Shown piece after piece: positions 50,725 to 64,000 of a DNA stretch of 64,000 nucleotides. Numbering within the stretch: position 1 is the stretch's first letter; every line of letters begins with the position of its first letter. This DNA is from Octopus sinensis (Eukaryota). The notes under the pieces were generated by a model, which saw only the letters and a list, made by a program, of their open reading frames with translations, had not been told where the DNA came from and did no database searches. The translations under genes and the position numbers were made by a program. Location: the NCBI RefSeq assembly GCF_006345805.1, contig NC_043019.1:24861360-24925359 (forward strand), given 5' to 3'.

Positions 50725-51989
50725 TGTATGTATGTATGTATGTATGTATGTATGCATGTATGTATGTATTTATGTATTTATGTATTTATGTATGTATGTA
50801 TGTATTTATATACGTATGTATGTATGTATTTATGTATTTATGTATGTATGTATGTATGTATGTATGTATTATGTATGTATGCATGTATGTATGTATGTAT
50901 GTATGTATGTATGTATGTATGTATGTATGCATGTATGTATGCATGTATGTATGTATGTATGTATGTATGTATGTATGTATGCATGCATGCATGTATGTAT
51001 GTATGTATGTATGTATGTATGTATGTATGTATTTATGTATGTATGTATGTATGTATGTATGTATGTATGTATGTATGTATGTATGTATGTATGTATGCAT
51101 GCATGTATGTATGTATGTATGCATGTATGTATGTATGTATGTATGTATGTATGTATGCATGTATGTATGTTGCATGTATGTATGTATTGTATGTATGTAT
51201 GTATGTATGTATGTATGTATGTATGCATGTATGTATGTATTTATGTATTTATGTATTTATGTATGTATGTATGTATTTATATACGTATGTATGTATGTAT
51301 TTATGTATTTATGTATGTATGTATGTATGTATGTATGTATGTATGTATGCATGCATGTATGTATGTATGTATGTATGTATGTATGTATGTATGTATGTAT
51401 GCATGTATGTATGCATGTATGCATGTATGTATGATGTATGTATGTATGTATGTATGCATGCATGCATGTATGTATGTATGTATGTATGTATGTATGTATG
51501 TATGCATGTATGTATGTATGTATGTATGTATGTATGTATGTATGTATGTATGTATGTATGTATGTATGCATGCATGTATGTATGTATGTATGTATGTATG
51601 TATGTATGTATGTATGTATGCATGTATGCATGTATGTATGTATGCATGTATGTATGTATGTATGTATGTATGTATGTATATATATATATGAGTCTGTGTG
51701 TGTGTGTGTGTGTATACATATATGTATATATATATATGCGTGTGTGTGTATACAGTGAGAGAGAGAGAGAGAGAGAGTGAAAGAGAGAGAAATACATATT
51801 TATGCGTATGTAAGTGTATGTGTGTGTATAATACGTATATATATGTGTGTGTGTGTGGTGTGTGTGTATACATATATGTATATATATATATGCGTGTGTG
51901 TGTATACAGTGAGAGAGAGAGAGAGAGAGAGTGAAAGAGAGAGAAATACATATTTATGCGTATGTAAGTGTATGTGTGTGTATAATACG

Positions 51990-52020
<31 letters not shown>
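50700..52020. repeat. About 1-kb (TATG)n array with internal 471-bp duplication, then about 153-bp duplicated compound microsatellite
   Basis: Diagnostic interruption TTTATATACG with TACG at 50811 and 51282; GAGAAATACATATTTATGCG block occurs twice. Confidence 0.9.
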
Positions 52021-52021
<1 letters not shown>

Positions 52022-52915
52022 ACACGTGTGCCGTTATGCCCAAGTGTTTACTTCTATGCATGTGTATGTATATGTCTGTGCGTATCTGTGTATTTATGCA
52101 TCTACATATTCATACATGATAACTATATGCATATATTCGTGTGTTGTATATTTTGTGAGTGTATGTGTAACCTAAGACGTGTCAGGACACACAAAAAATG
52201 TATTGAAACCTCATTTAAAGACTTAATCTATACACAGCATTCTTTGTCTCAATGTTTACAAAATATATACAAACTATTCTTTTTCTCTTTCTTTTCCTCC
52301 TTCAGCCTGTTTTTCGTTGTCCTTTTCTTTTTTTTTTTGTCATCCGTTTCTCATGATAACCCTACCACCACCACCACCACCACCACCACCGCTACCAACC
52401 TATTTTGTTTTAGACGCTTACTAAAGGACTTTCCATCCTGACCTCAATGTAGCAATCTCTCTGCATCACAGGGTGTATTTCTATCGCTAGTTTCCTTCTG
52501 GTGTAGGTAGGTAAGGGATGGCTGCAGTTCTCATTTTGGAGTTTAGCCATTAGTTAGGTCAAAATTGACGGAGTGGACGTCTGGTTAAAAACATTCCAGC
52601 ATTGACAAATTTTCTCTGTTTAGCATTATCTAAGACTACATCATCAAAGATGTGTGTGTGTGCTTGTGAAAATGTGTGTGTGCGTGTGTTTGTATGCAAG
52701 TGAATGTGGTGGGTAGATTTCAAATGCATTTGATACGTTGACAACATTTAAAGAAAAATTTAGTTGCCAAATTAGTAACTATGTTTAAAAAATTAGAAAA
52801 AACAGAATGCCAGGAATCTTTGGGAAAAGTTTTTTTATTGTGTGCACACCAGTGTGTGAGTGTGTGTGTGTGAGAGTGTGTGCATGTGTGTGCGTGTATA
52901 TAAATATATATATAT

Positions 52916-53189
52916 ATCATCGCAGAGTATACACGCAGCAAGTATAGATGGGCTGGACATGTCGCCCGGCTCACCGATAATCGGTGGACGCACGCAGTTG
53001 TCGAGTGGTACCCGCGTGAGCGGAAAAGACCACCCGGAAGACCTCCACGACGGTGGAGTTACGATTTCAGGAGGACGATTGGGATCACGTGGATGAGAAA
53101 GGCGCGATCCAGAGAGGAGTGGACAGCGTGCTGTGACCAGCGGTGTCAAATGGACGCCTGACGGACTGGTCGGTCAAAGTGATCAAAGT

Positions 53190-53190
<1 letters not shown>
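52916..53190 (+). mobile_element. RTE-clade LINE 3' fragment (ORF end at 53161 plus short repeat tail)
   Basis: Stop-free YRWAGHVARLTDNRWTHAVVEWYPRERKRPPGRPPRRWSYDF...TWMRKARSREEW, the classic RTE C-terminal signature; tail TCAAAGTGATCAAAGT. Not in the ORF track because it has no upstream start codon. Confidence 0.9.
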
Positions 53191-53220
<30 letters not shown>

Positions 53221-53509
53221 GCTCAGTGGTTAAGGTGTTTCACTCACGATTGGGAGATCATGGGTTCGATTCCCAGACCGGGCGTTGCGTTGTGTTATTG
53301 AGCAAAGCACTTCATTTCACGTTGCTCTGCGATCATTTCGACATCTGACATGTGACACCCGTTGCACCCGTACAAGTAATGTGTGCCTGATGGAGGGAGT
53401 GAGCTTACGTGTATACAAACATTTCATCACTATAAACAAATCATTTGTGTGGTCCTTCGGTAAGAAATTGTCGAGCCCTCGTATGTCGTGTAGCGACAGG
53501 AGAATCCAT

Positions 53510-53512
<3 letters not shown>
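53221..53512 (+). mobile_element. Further tRNA-headed SINE variant (C/D-related head, distinct body)
   Basis: GCTCAGTGGTTAAGG...GGGTTCGATTCCCAGACCGGGCG...TTGAGCAAAGCACTTCATTTCACGTTGCTC. Confidence 0.65.
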
Positions 53513-53544
<32 letters not shown>

Positions 53545-53712
53545 CACACACACACACATATTGTCAATATATCATATATCCTAATAAGAATAAGGCAGTA
53601 AAGCATTAAAGTAATATAGTTAATGTCTGGTCAAAGAGTGACCAATGGCTGTTCGCATCCACGAAAACCGCAGCTTTGTGGACAGCTCTCCAGACTATAA
53701 AATTCTTTTATT

Positions 53713-53768
<56 letters not shown>

Positions 53769-53821
53769 TTCTAATGTACAAAAGACAGAAACAGAGTGAG
53801 GGAACAATAAAGTTGTATCAA

Positions 53822-54012
53822 AGGCGGCGAGCTGGCAGAAACGTTAGCACACCGGGCGAAATTCGTAGCCGTATTTCGTCTGCCGTTACGTTCTGAGTTC
53901 AAATTCCGTCGAGGTCGACTTTGCCTTTCGTCCTTTCGGGGTCGATTAAATAAGCACAAGTCGACTTACCCCCTCCACCGAACTTGCTAGACTTGTCACT
54001 AAAAGTTGAAAC
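53822..54012 (+). mobile_element. SINE B
   Basis: GGCGGCGAGCTGGCAGAAACGTTAGC head and GAGTTCAAATTCC. Confidence 0.85.
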
Positions 54013-54647
54013 CAATATACAATGGATTAAATATGAACTCCCATTAGTTTCACGCCTCCGATAATATAGCGATCGGACGAGCTTGTATAGCATGCTGAGT
54101 ATTAATTGTGTATTATCGTGCAATCATTTACGCCCAAATAAATGAATGATTGCCCGATAATATATGCTAATTGTTCAAAATCTTCCGACTCTTGTATTAT
54201 CAGTGACGGTGAGAGCAACGGTAGCGAACACCAACAGAGAGGTCAGCGGTTCGCATCTCATCCACAAGTTATGGAGATTCACGTATGACCTCGACCTCTC
54301 GCACAAATTGGAACTGTGGTAATTAAATCTTTTTAATTAATGTTAGTAATCATTAGATGCAAACAATGCTAGAACTTTAATCGGTTTTGCGATGAAACTT
54401 TTGATGCCGCATTAAAAATGAATGTTTTGCTGAAGTTGATAGTCTTTGTGTGTTTCTGAATGGTTGACTTATGTCTTCCAATCATAGTCGCTATTTCTAG
54501 CATATCGAGCGACCGCCGAGTGGTTCTTTCGTCGACTGTAAACCGCTGTGAATGGCTAACATAATCTGTTGAGCGTTGGTTTAAAGCTGAGCCCAATGCG
54601 GCAAATTTGATGGTGATGGTGGAAGTGGTTGTGGTGGTGCTGTTGTA

Positions 54648-54681
<34 letters not shown>

Positions 54682-55388
54682 GTGGTGTTGTTGGGGATAT
54701 TTCTTGTATGGTGATAGTGAAGGTCCTTTTGAATGTGATGGACATGGTGCTAGCGAGTCTGCCAGCTCGTCGCTTTCCCAACGCTACCATTAATAACAAT
54801 AACAACACCATTAGCATCTAAGCAAAATAGAGTGTCTCTATGTGGTCGCACAATCTATTAAAAATTACAGCCAAAACTTCTTACAGACATTTTTCAAAAA
54901 AATGTAAGACAAGAGAAATTGCTTGATATAGTTTTAGTTACGTTTTGCGAATAATGATGGGATGGTCATAAATGGACTCTTTATGGCTACTTGATCATTA
55001 CTGACCTAGGGCTGAACAACACCACTAACACCACCGCCACCACCACCATCATCCTTGCTAACACCCGCATCGCTACCACCTTCAACAACATCCAACAGAT
55101 GTGTTTACTTTTTAAAGCCAAACCAAAACAGTGTGGTTTGGGCCATGCTAAGCAACCACCTCCTCACGACATTCTTTCCCGACAATTAAGATGTTTGTGT
55201 AAGACAGATATTTCTGCCTACATTTTCAGTTTGTTTGTTGCTGGTGTAGTGCTGAAAACTACAGATTAACATGGTTTGTACCATAGGGTAAAATGAAAAT
55301 TACATCAGTTGCCTATATGTGTGTGTACGTTTAAATAAAGATAGATAGATAGATAGATAGATAGGTAGATAGGTAGATAGATAGATAT

Positions 55389-55439
<51 letters not shown>

Positions 55440-55440
55440 T

Positions 55441-55690
55441 GTTTCTTTATTAGCCACACAGAGCTGAACACAGACGGGACAAATTACAAGGTAGAACTTT
55501 GGGGGGCAGTGGAGAGGGGGGGGAGGTTTTCGATCAAAAGGGATCGTAAAAAAGAAAGAAAAGAAAAAAAAGATCAATAGGCATCGTGTATCACAGAAAT
55601 GCCATGATATAGAGTGTAAAGGGGGAAACAGATAAGGTTTATCCGTGGAAAGAAAAGCCTACGGAAAAGACCACGGTAACCTCGGTCAAT
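55441..55690 (-). mobile_element. Unclassified element 3' end (LINE 3' UTR-like) sharing its terminal 43 nt with SINE B
   Basis: Ends TTTGTCCCGTCTGTGTTCAGCTCTGTGTGGCTAATAAAGAAAC; no ORF seen; 5' limit uncertain. Confidence 0.4.
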
Positions 55691-56018
55691 AATGTCACAT
55701 GTTAACACATTTATTTGCAAGTAAGTAACTCTCTGTTTTAAATTTTTTCGGGTTCATAGGATCATGCTCAAGGTGGCTTCGTCATTCATACTTGCCATCC
55801 TTGCTACATTCACCCATCTTTTTTTTTAAACATTCGCTAGAACAGTTTTGAAATGTACTTAATGAAATATACTTAATGGCTGATATGCAAGACAAATACA
55901 AGATAGATATATAAGTGTGTATGTAGGTATGTATAATAAACTGCGACACGCACAGATACGTATATACACACACATACAGTAAGTGAGATATTGCAGTTTA
56001 TACAAGTCTAAATCATTT

Positions 56019-56205
<187 letters not shown>

Positions 56206-56376
56206 CTGGCGATCTTCCGATCAACTTTGCTTTTCATCCTTCTGAGGATGTGATCAATAACTTCGGTTCAACCACTACTACTACTTCTACCACCACCACC
56301 ACCACCACCGAAAGGATGAAAAGCAAAGTCGACCTCGGTAGAATTTGAACTCAGAACGTAACGGCAGGCGAAATAC

Positions 56377-56609
56377 CTATTTCTTTACTACCCACAAGGC
56401 ACTAAACATAGAGTGGACAAACAAGGATAGACAAACGGATTAAGTCGATTATATCGACTCCAGTGCGTAACTGGTACTTATTTAATCGACTCCCGAAAGG
56501 ATGAAAGGCAAAGTCGACCTCGGCAGAATTTGAACTCAGAACGTAACGGCAGACGAAATACGGCTACGCATTTCGCCCGGCGTGCTAACGTTTCTGCTAG
56601 CTCGCCGCC
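56377..56609 (-). mobile_element. SINE B, full length, joined to a partial older B (56308-56376)
   Basis: Complete head to tail; junction GAAATAC|CTATTTC. Confidence 0.9.
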
Positions 56610-56918
56610 CTCACCATAATCAATATTAGATTGGAAACGCCTACCGAAATTATTGGAATATAAATAAATTCTGATGCAGACTGAAGACTGAAACCTGAAG
56701 GGTAATGTCATTAGAAGAGTTACCAAAACAGACTTTGGTATTGATATAAATATCATCTCATTTATCCCGGACGGCTTAATGAAGATAAAGACAGTAATTT
56801 TTGGTCGGAGGAAGAAGTGTCTGCCAAAAATGAACTCTTGCCATTTGCACACATGTATAAACACTCACAAACACATGCACGAGTAAACATTCATGTATAC
56901 ACACACACATACGCAAAC

Positions 56919-56949
<31 letters not shown>

Positions 56950-57058
56950 CGTGTGTGTGCGTGTGTGTGTGTGTGCGTGTGTGTGCGTGTGTGTGTGTGT
57001 GTACTTGCAGGCACACAAGCGCACGTGCTCAAAAATATAAATGTATTGTATACATGAA

Positions 57059-57094
<36 letters not shown>

Positions 57095-57098
57095 CATT

Positions 57099-57157
<59 letters not shown>

Positions 57158-58146
57158 CATACATACATATATACATACATATATATATATATATAATATA
57201 TATATATATATATACATACACACATATATATGTGTATGCATATGTGTGTGTGTGTGCACGCGCCCTTCTGTGTGTTTGGATAAGCAAACGCAAGAACAGC
57301 ACTCAGTACTTAACAGCGGTAAATAATCCTTTCTACTAAAGACACAAGGCCTGTAAATAATAACAGCAAATAAAAATGAGACTCTAGTGTCTCTACTCTG
57401 AGTTTTCTGACGCGACTTACCGACGGCAGTGAGTGTGAGTTGCATATGGAGAGAGAAAGAGGGAGGCGAGGAGGAGGAGGAGGAAGAGGACGAGGACGAG
57501 GGGGAGGAGGACGACGAGGACGAGGACGAGGAGGGGGACGAGGAGGAGGAGGACGAAGAGGAGGAGGAGGAAGTCAGAGATACGGATATACAAGGAAGTA
57601 TTTCAAATCTTACACCAAGTACAGTTTTGTGTTAGAGTCCCGAGAGAAAACATGAGAGTTCAAAGGCCCGGGAATCCAAAGAATCGCTGCCCTTTTTATC
57701 AGCTTCTCGGGGCTGTTGGAAGCAAGAATGGTCTCTTAGAACATTAAATATCAAACCTAAGCTATCGCTGCAGACATATTTTGCTAATAAAGATACAGGG
57801 TATGCAGAAGTAACTAATAAATGAATTACCAATCATAAATGTTTCTCAGTATGCGACAGTGTGGAAATATATATATATGTAAGCGCGTAAATAATATATA
57901 CATACATTGATTTATTAATATATAAGTATTTATACATGCATTCATGTATAAAATGTATATACAAACACACATTCTTATATAAACACGTTCTTATCTAACT
58001 CACAGTGGAGTTTTGTAATTTATAATTATATTTCAAGGTCTGAGTTGCGCTGTTATGCAATATATATGTGTGTGTGTATGTATGTTGCATGCATGTATGT
58101 ATGTATGTATGTATGTATGTATGTATGTATGTATGTATGTATATAT

Positions 58147-58255
<109 letters not shown>

Positions 58256-58271
58256 TTATATATATATATAT

Positions 58272-58311
<40 letters not shown>

Positions 58312-58964
58312 TATACATGCATACATATATATATATGTATTGAATAACTGGACGGAAGCCGTGGAGAGTTGCCCACATTTTCGGAAATTTTTACTTCAAA
58401 ACTGGAAAAATCTAGCTATCATGCGAAGGAAGACAACATATATTTGTATGTGTAACGTAACAGTTTAGAAAAAGAACATTGGTTTCATATCTAGCGTGAA
58501 TTAGGCATCTCTTCAGTTTCTCTAAACGATAACTGTTCTCTGCAAAGAATGTTTTTTTTTAAAAAAACACAACAACGCCGGTGATAGTTCAAGAAATATT
58601 CCCGGCCTACCACCCAAAACCAATCCCACTAGAAACACCCTACTTTCTCTCTCCTCACCTCTCTCTCTCTCTAAGCACTGCTCAGTTTTCCTGCACGTTT
58701 TCTATATAAACCGCATCAATCATATTCGTCTCGTAGGGCCTCCAAAGGTCAATCTTTCACTTGATTATTAAACCAAACAGAAACGAATATAACATTATGT
58801 ATGGGTTTTAAATGAATATCGTGCTTCCGAGACGATGTAATTGCGACAGTTTCTACACAAAATCGCAGGGAAATTCACTTGTCAAACAAGTTCGAGATGC
58901 AATATGTGTGCGTGTATGTGTGTATGTATATACGTGCGTGCGTCTGTGCGCGCGCACAAGAAGA

Positions 58965-58966
58965 GG

Positions 58967-59024
<58 letters not shown>

Positions 59025-59053
59025 TACAGATAGATAGACAGATAGATAGACAA

Positions 59054-59110
<57 letters not shown>

Positions 59111-59115
59111 CAGGC

Positions 59116-59150
<35 letters not shown>

Positions 59151-59169
59151 TAGATAGATAGATAAATAA

Positions 59170-59226
<57 letters not shown>

Positions 59227-59231
59227 CAGGC

Positions 59232-59266
<35 letters not shown>

Positions 59267-59285
59267 TAGATAGATAGATAAATAA

Positions 59286-59344
<59 letters not shown>

Positions 59345-59345
59345 T
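58965..59345. repeat. (GATA)n/(GACA)n compound microsatellite
   Basis: Direct inspection; similar arrays at about 16615-16870, 41320-41565 and 55337-55440. Confidence 0.95.
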
Positions 59346-60529
59346 AATGGCTGTATGTATCTTTTCATTCTTTTCTGCCTGCCCTTCAATGCGTTACTCT
59401 ATCATTACTTCATTATTCTCTTCACTCTTTCTTTCTCCCTTCTGTCTCTCTCTTTCTCTCTCTTTCTCTCTCCCTCTTTCATTCACTCATTTTATAGGAA
59501 AGTGAAAAGAAAGAAGGAAAACAAAAAGCATTCCGTGACATACAAGATACGTGGGTTTGCTTCATTGTCGTGTGCTCGTTAAATTATTTGTACAGCAGCA
59601 TAACAAACAAATGTCAACAGCCTATAATAATGATTTTATCTATTTGCCACTAACATGGCTGCACACTTTACAGAAGGTTTGGATTTCGATTCCAGTAGGC
59701 GATGGAAAACATTTTTTAAGGATGGAAAACATTTTTAAGGGTAGCAAGCTGGCAAAATCGATAGCGCATCGGGAAAACTGCTAAGTAACATTTCTTCCGA
59801 CATTACGTTCTGAGTTCAAATTCGACCGAAGTCGATTTTGCCTTTTATCCTTTCAGGGTCGATAAAAATATGTACCAGTCAAAACTAGAGTCGGTATAAG
59901 AGACTCTAGTTCATCAGTTGTCGGCTGTTTTTCTACTCTATATTTCGAGCAATATACGACAAGATACGCCTTCGACAAAACAGTTGCTCCCATAAAGCAA
60001 ATTAAATAAAATTTGATATTTTGCGGAGAGTCAAAGTTTGTGACAAACAAACAGAAAGGGCTGCTAAGCCAAAACGAGGTGAGGTGGCGAACGCCGGAGG
60101 AACAAGCTTTGAAGGAGACAGACAAGAATGCGTCTGATCCCTGCAGCTGATGAGAAGGAAAGAAAGAAACTCAAGTTAAGAAAAGAAAGATCGCTGATGG
60201 TCACGTGCGAGCAACGAAAGAGCAAAGGAGGAAGAGTGAGGGAGAGAGAGGGACAGACAGAGAATGGCGAAGGAGAGAGGAAAAGAATTAGAGAAAGGAT
60301 GAGAGAGAAAAAACGAAACGGAAAGAAGGGGAGATAAAAAGAATTAGAGAAAGGAAGAGAGAGGAATCGAAAAGGAAGCGGGAAGGAGAAATAGAAACAG
60401 ATAGAACTAGAGCATTAAAATTGTTAAGATAAAACTTACTTGGAAATGGACGCGTGGAGTTTAATCATATAATGATATAAATAATATATATATATGCATG
60501 TATATATATGGATAAAAATCAAATATGCA

Positions 60530-60934
60530 GTCAACATCATGGCGTTTGGTCTGATCACAGGTAATGGCGACGTTATGCCCCATTCATCTTCCTATACGGT
60601 CTTATACTCAACACGGAGGCCTACATCAAATACTTGGAGGAGTTAATGCTGTCCTGCGTCAAGAGGATGGCTACAGGAAGACCCTATGTCTGGCAACAGG
60701 ATTTTGCACCATGCCACACAAACAAGAGAACCCAGTCATGGATGTCAGACAATTTCTGCGACCACATCACCCCTAATACCTGGCCACCTAACTTCTCAGA
60801 CTGCAACCCCCTTGATTGTTGTGTGGGATGCAGTTTAGTGAGAGGCCAACAAAACTCCTTGTGACACCAATGATGAACTGACGGCAAGGATTAGAGCAGC
60901 ATTCACCAATTTTAACAAGGAGACCGTCCAGAAG
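60530..60934 (+). pseudogene. Tc1/mariner superfamily DD37D (maT/Bmmar1-like) transposase fragment
   Basis: GRPYVWQQDFAPCHTNKRTQSWMSDNFCDHITPNTWPPNFSDCNPLD has 37 residues between the second and third Asp; upstream IMAFGLITGNGDVMP; frameshifts and a stop. Confidence 0.85.
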
Positions 60935-61677
60935 CGTCCCCGCCCCCACAAAAAATTATATACATATATATATATAGGTTCTGGAAGGGTTGAAAGATAG
61001 GTAAGAGCGAACCTTTTGATACATGCCTAAGGCAGTGTCACTCTAGTGCTTAAGATCTCGAGTACTACTTCTTCTATAGAACTTTTACGTGAATTGGTGT
61101 TAAAACGGAGTTGAGACCCAAACAATTACAGACCAAGCCTCTCCCATCCACAGCACTGGCGTTGCATTTTCTAGCAACTCGCTTCAATTTTGTGTTATAT
61201 ATATATATATATACATACAAATATTCATATATAAATAGAAAGAGAGAAGGAGAGAGAGAGTTAACAGATGAGCTCTAAAGAATCTTTATAGCATTTAGAA
61301 GCGCTCCAAACTATGTATATGTGTGCTCGGGCGTGCGTGCGTGTGTGTGTAAATGTATATATATATGTGCTTGTGTTTATATATATGTGTATACACACAC
61401 AAGCTGCACTCTCGACATTCTGTCTTCCCTGGCTGCCATGAAATAAAGTTTGTATTTTAGCATTCCCACAATTATAAAATTTAACGAAATAACATCGTTT
61501 TAATTTATTTTTTCTTTTTACTTTTATTTTCATAATATTTATTTATATTTTTTCAGTCTTTCTCGAAGAATTCTCTTTTTGTACCCGGAAATCCCACCAA
61601 GGGGCCAAACATAGATAAAACACATATATATTACACCATCTTTATATACGCTACATTTAGCATTACGACCAGCAGCT

Positions 61678-61711
<34 letters not shown>

Positions 61712-61781
61712 TGTATGTATGTATGTATGTATATGTATATATATGTGTGTGCGTGTGTTCGTGTATATCCATGTGTGTGTT

Positions 61782-61815
<34 letters not shown>

Positions 61816-61908
61816 CCGTCTCTATCTTTTATTTCGGCTGACATAGATATGTGGTTCAATCCGTGACTTTGTGTCTGTGCGTGTATGTGTTTTCAGTCTA
61901 TATGTGTG

Positions 61909-61954
<46 letters not shown>

Positions 61955-61960
61955 TGTGTG

Positions 61961-62004
<44 letters not shown>

Positions 62005-62254
62005 TTCTCTGTATGTTGATGTTTGTATATTTTCGTGTTTTTATTTCCCTGGTATGTTTTTTTCTTGTATACTTGTTTTGGGTATTTATTTACGTGTTTG
62101 TACAATTGTGTGAGTGTGTATTTCTTTGTACGTTTACATGTGTGAATTACGCTGTGTGTGGTGTGCGATCGTTTGCGTATCACTACCAGTGTAAGCATAT
62201 GTTTATCTCTCTCTCTCTTTTCCTCTCGCTTTCTCAACGTGTGTGCGTGAGAAG

Positions 62255-62324
<70 letters not shown>

Positions 62325-62325
62325 T

Positions 62326-62535
62326 GAGCTGGCAGAAACGTTAGCACGCCGGGCGAAATGCGTAGCCGTATTTCGTCTGCCGTTACGTTCTGAGTTCCAA
62401 TTACGCCGAGGTCGACTTTCGGGGTCGATAAAATAAGTACCAGTTACGCACTGGCCATGATGTACTCGACTTAATCCGTTTGTCTGTCCTTGTTTGCCCA
62501 CTCTATGTTTAGCCCCTTGTGGGTAATAAAGAAAC
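62326..62535 (+). mobile_element. SINE B embedded in (GATA)n
   Basis: Head GAGCTGGCAGAAACG to tail GTAATAAAGAAAC. Confidence 0.9.
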
Positions 62536-62579
<44 letters not shown>

Positions 62580-62633
62580 TGATAGCTATGTCTACGTACA
62601 TCTTTTCCTTCTTTTCTTCTTGTCTTTTGTATT

Positions 62634-62852
62634 ACTCTTTTACTCTTTTTACTCTTTTACTTGTTTCAATCATTTGACTGCGGCCATGCTGGAGCACCGC
62701 CTTTAGTCGAGCAAATCGACCCCGGGACTTATTCTTTGTAAGCCCAGTACTTATTCTATCGGTCTCTTTTGCCGAACCGCTAAGTGACGCGGACGTAAAC
62801 ACACCAGCATCGGTTGTCAAGCAATGCTAGGGAGACAAACACAGACACACAA

Positions 62853-62889
<37 letters not shown>

Positions 62890-63064
62890 CATATATACGA
62901 CAGGTTTCTTTCAGTTTCCGTCTACCAAATCCACTCACAATGCATTGGTCGGCCTGGGGCTATAGCAGAAGACACTTGCCCAAGATGCCACGCAGTGGGA
63001 CTGAACCCGGAACCATGTGGTTGGTTAGCAAGCTACTTACCACACAGCCACTCCTGCCTGCGCC
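62634..63064 (-). mobile_element. SINE A, full length
   Basis: Near-identical to the other young copies. Confidence 0.92.
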
Positions 63065-63419
63065 CATTATTCATTTTTCTCATCATTCCCCTCACCATTC
63101 ATTCTCTCTTGGTTCTTCTCTCTCTCTCTCTCTCTCTCTCCCTCTCTCTCTGAGTGTTAATCCATTTCATCCAATGCCATCACCAAGTCAATTTGGTGAA
63201 TCAGTTTCAAATCCGCACCCTACCCTCAACCCTACCCCCACCCCACCCTTGTCGTACTTCCTACTCTCTTATAAAAGTTTTTCTATAAACAAATATTTAT
63301 TGTTATCGATTGGAAAGCTGGAAGGACAAACTAACCAAAGGTATTTAGTGACAATCTTTTATGTTCTTCGTTCAATTCTGTATCGAGATCGAATTTCACC
63401 GTATTCTTCAAAAACGTTA

Positions 63420-64000
63420 CACAAGGGTGGTCTGAAAAGTTCCTGGTTTTAAGGGTGTCGCGAAAGGTCTGGCTGGAGACCCAACCTTCCAAGTTTTTTT
63501 ATAGGGAATAGCAAAACTGAAGGACCGCTAGAATAAGTATGTGAATCTGAGAGGGGAATATACTCTTACTCTTTTACCTGTATCAGTCATTTGACTGCGG
63601 CCATGCTGGAGCACCGCCTTTAGTCGAGCAAATCGACCCCGGGACTTATTCTTTGTAAGCCCAGTACTTATTCTATCGGTCTCTTTTGCCGAACCGCTAA
63701 GTAACGGGGGCGTAAACACACCAGCATCGGTTGTCAAGCAATGCTAGGGGGACAAACACAGACACACAAACACACACACATACATATATATATATACGAC
63801 AGGCTTCTTTCAGTTTCCGTCTACCAAATCCACTCACAAGGCATTGGTCGGCCCGGGGCTATAGCAGAAGACACTTGCCCAAGATGCCACGCAGTGGGAC
63901 TGAACCCGGAACCATGTGGTTGGTTAGCAAGCTACTTACCACACAGCCACTCCTGTTCAATAAAATCATAATTAACTGATCCTCTTGTATTTTCTTTTAC
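63420..64000. mobile_element. Mariner-type MITE (same family as 20859) interrupted by a SINE A at 63562-63954; runs off the window end
   Basis: The MITE sequence resumes (ATCATAATTAACTGATCCTCTTGTATTTTC) right after the SINE. Confidence 0.85.

Noticed and set aside
57421-57600. E/D-rich ORF and a minus-strand donor CG|GTAAGT at 57421
   Set aside because: The GAG/GAC tract is a microsatellite; no acceptor or compatible downstream exon identified.
59880-59925. Minus-strand CTGATGA followed by a perfect 9-bp stem
   Set aside because: No GAAA after the stem; sits in a degenerate SINE B end.

Overview
AT-rich eukaryotic genomic DNA saturated with compound microsatellites and retroposons, with one 100-N scaffold gap at 6417-6516. 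The tRNA-headed SINE families and (TA)/(TATG)/(GATA)/(AAT) arrays look like an Octopus-type cephalopod genome; this is inference, no search was run. Almost all ORFs in the supplied track are microsatellite or repeat translations. One host gene is well supported: two phase-compatible + strand exons (20339-20812 and 37345-37634, 16.5 kb intron) that join into a complete but divergent von Willebrand factor A (VWA) domain with a degenerate metal-binding (MIDAS) motif; its 5' exon(s) were not found. Mobile elements include at least four SINE families (labelled A-D here, plus variants), relics of R4/Dong, CR1, L1/Tx1-like, RTE and APE-type LINEs, a DD37D (maT) transposase fragment, mariner-type MITEs and a non-autonomous Helitron. 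Most interesting signals: (1) hammerhead-ribozyme motifs in several unrelated short repeats, one with a fully canonical core at 34281-34363 (-), suggesting Penelope-like or retrozyme-like self-cleaving elements; (2) SINE 3' tails shared with a LINE and an unclassified element in the same window; (3) two large inverted duplications and several SINE-seeded tandem duplications. Boundaries of degenerate repeats are approximate and all alignments were done by eye.
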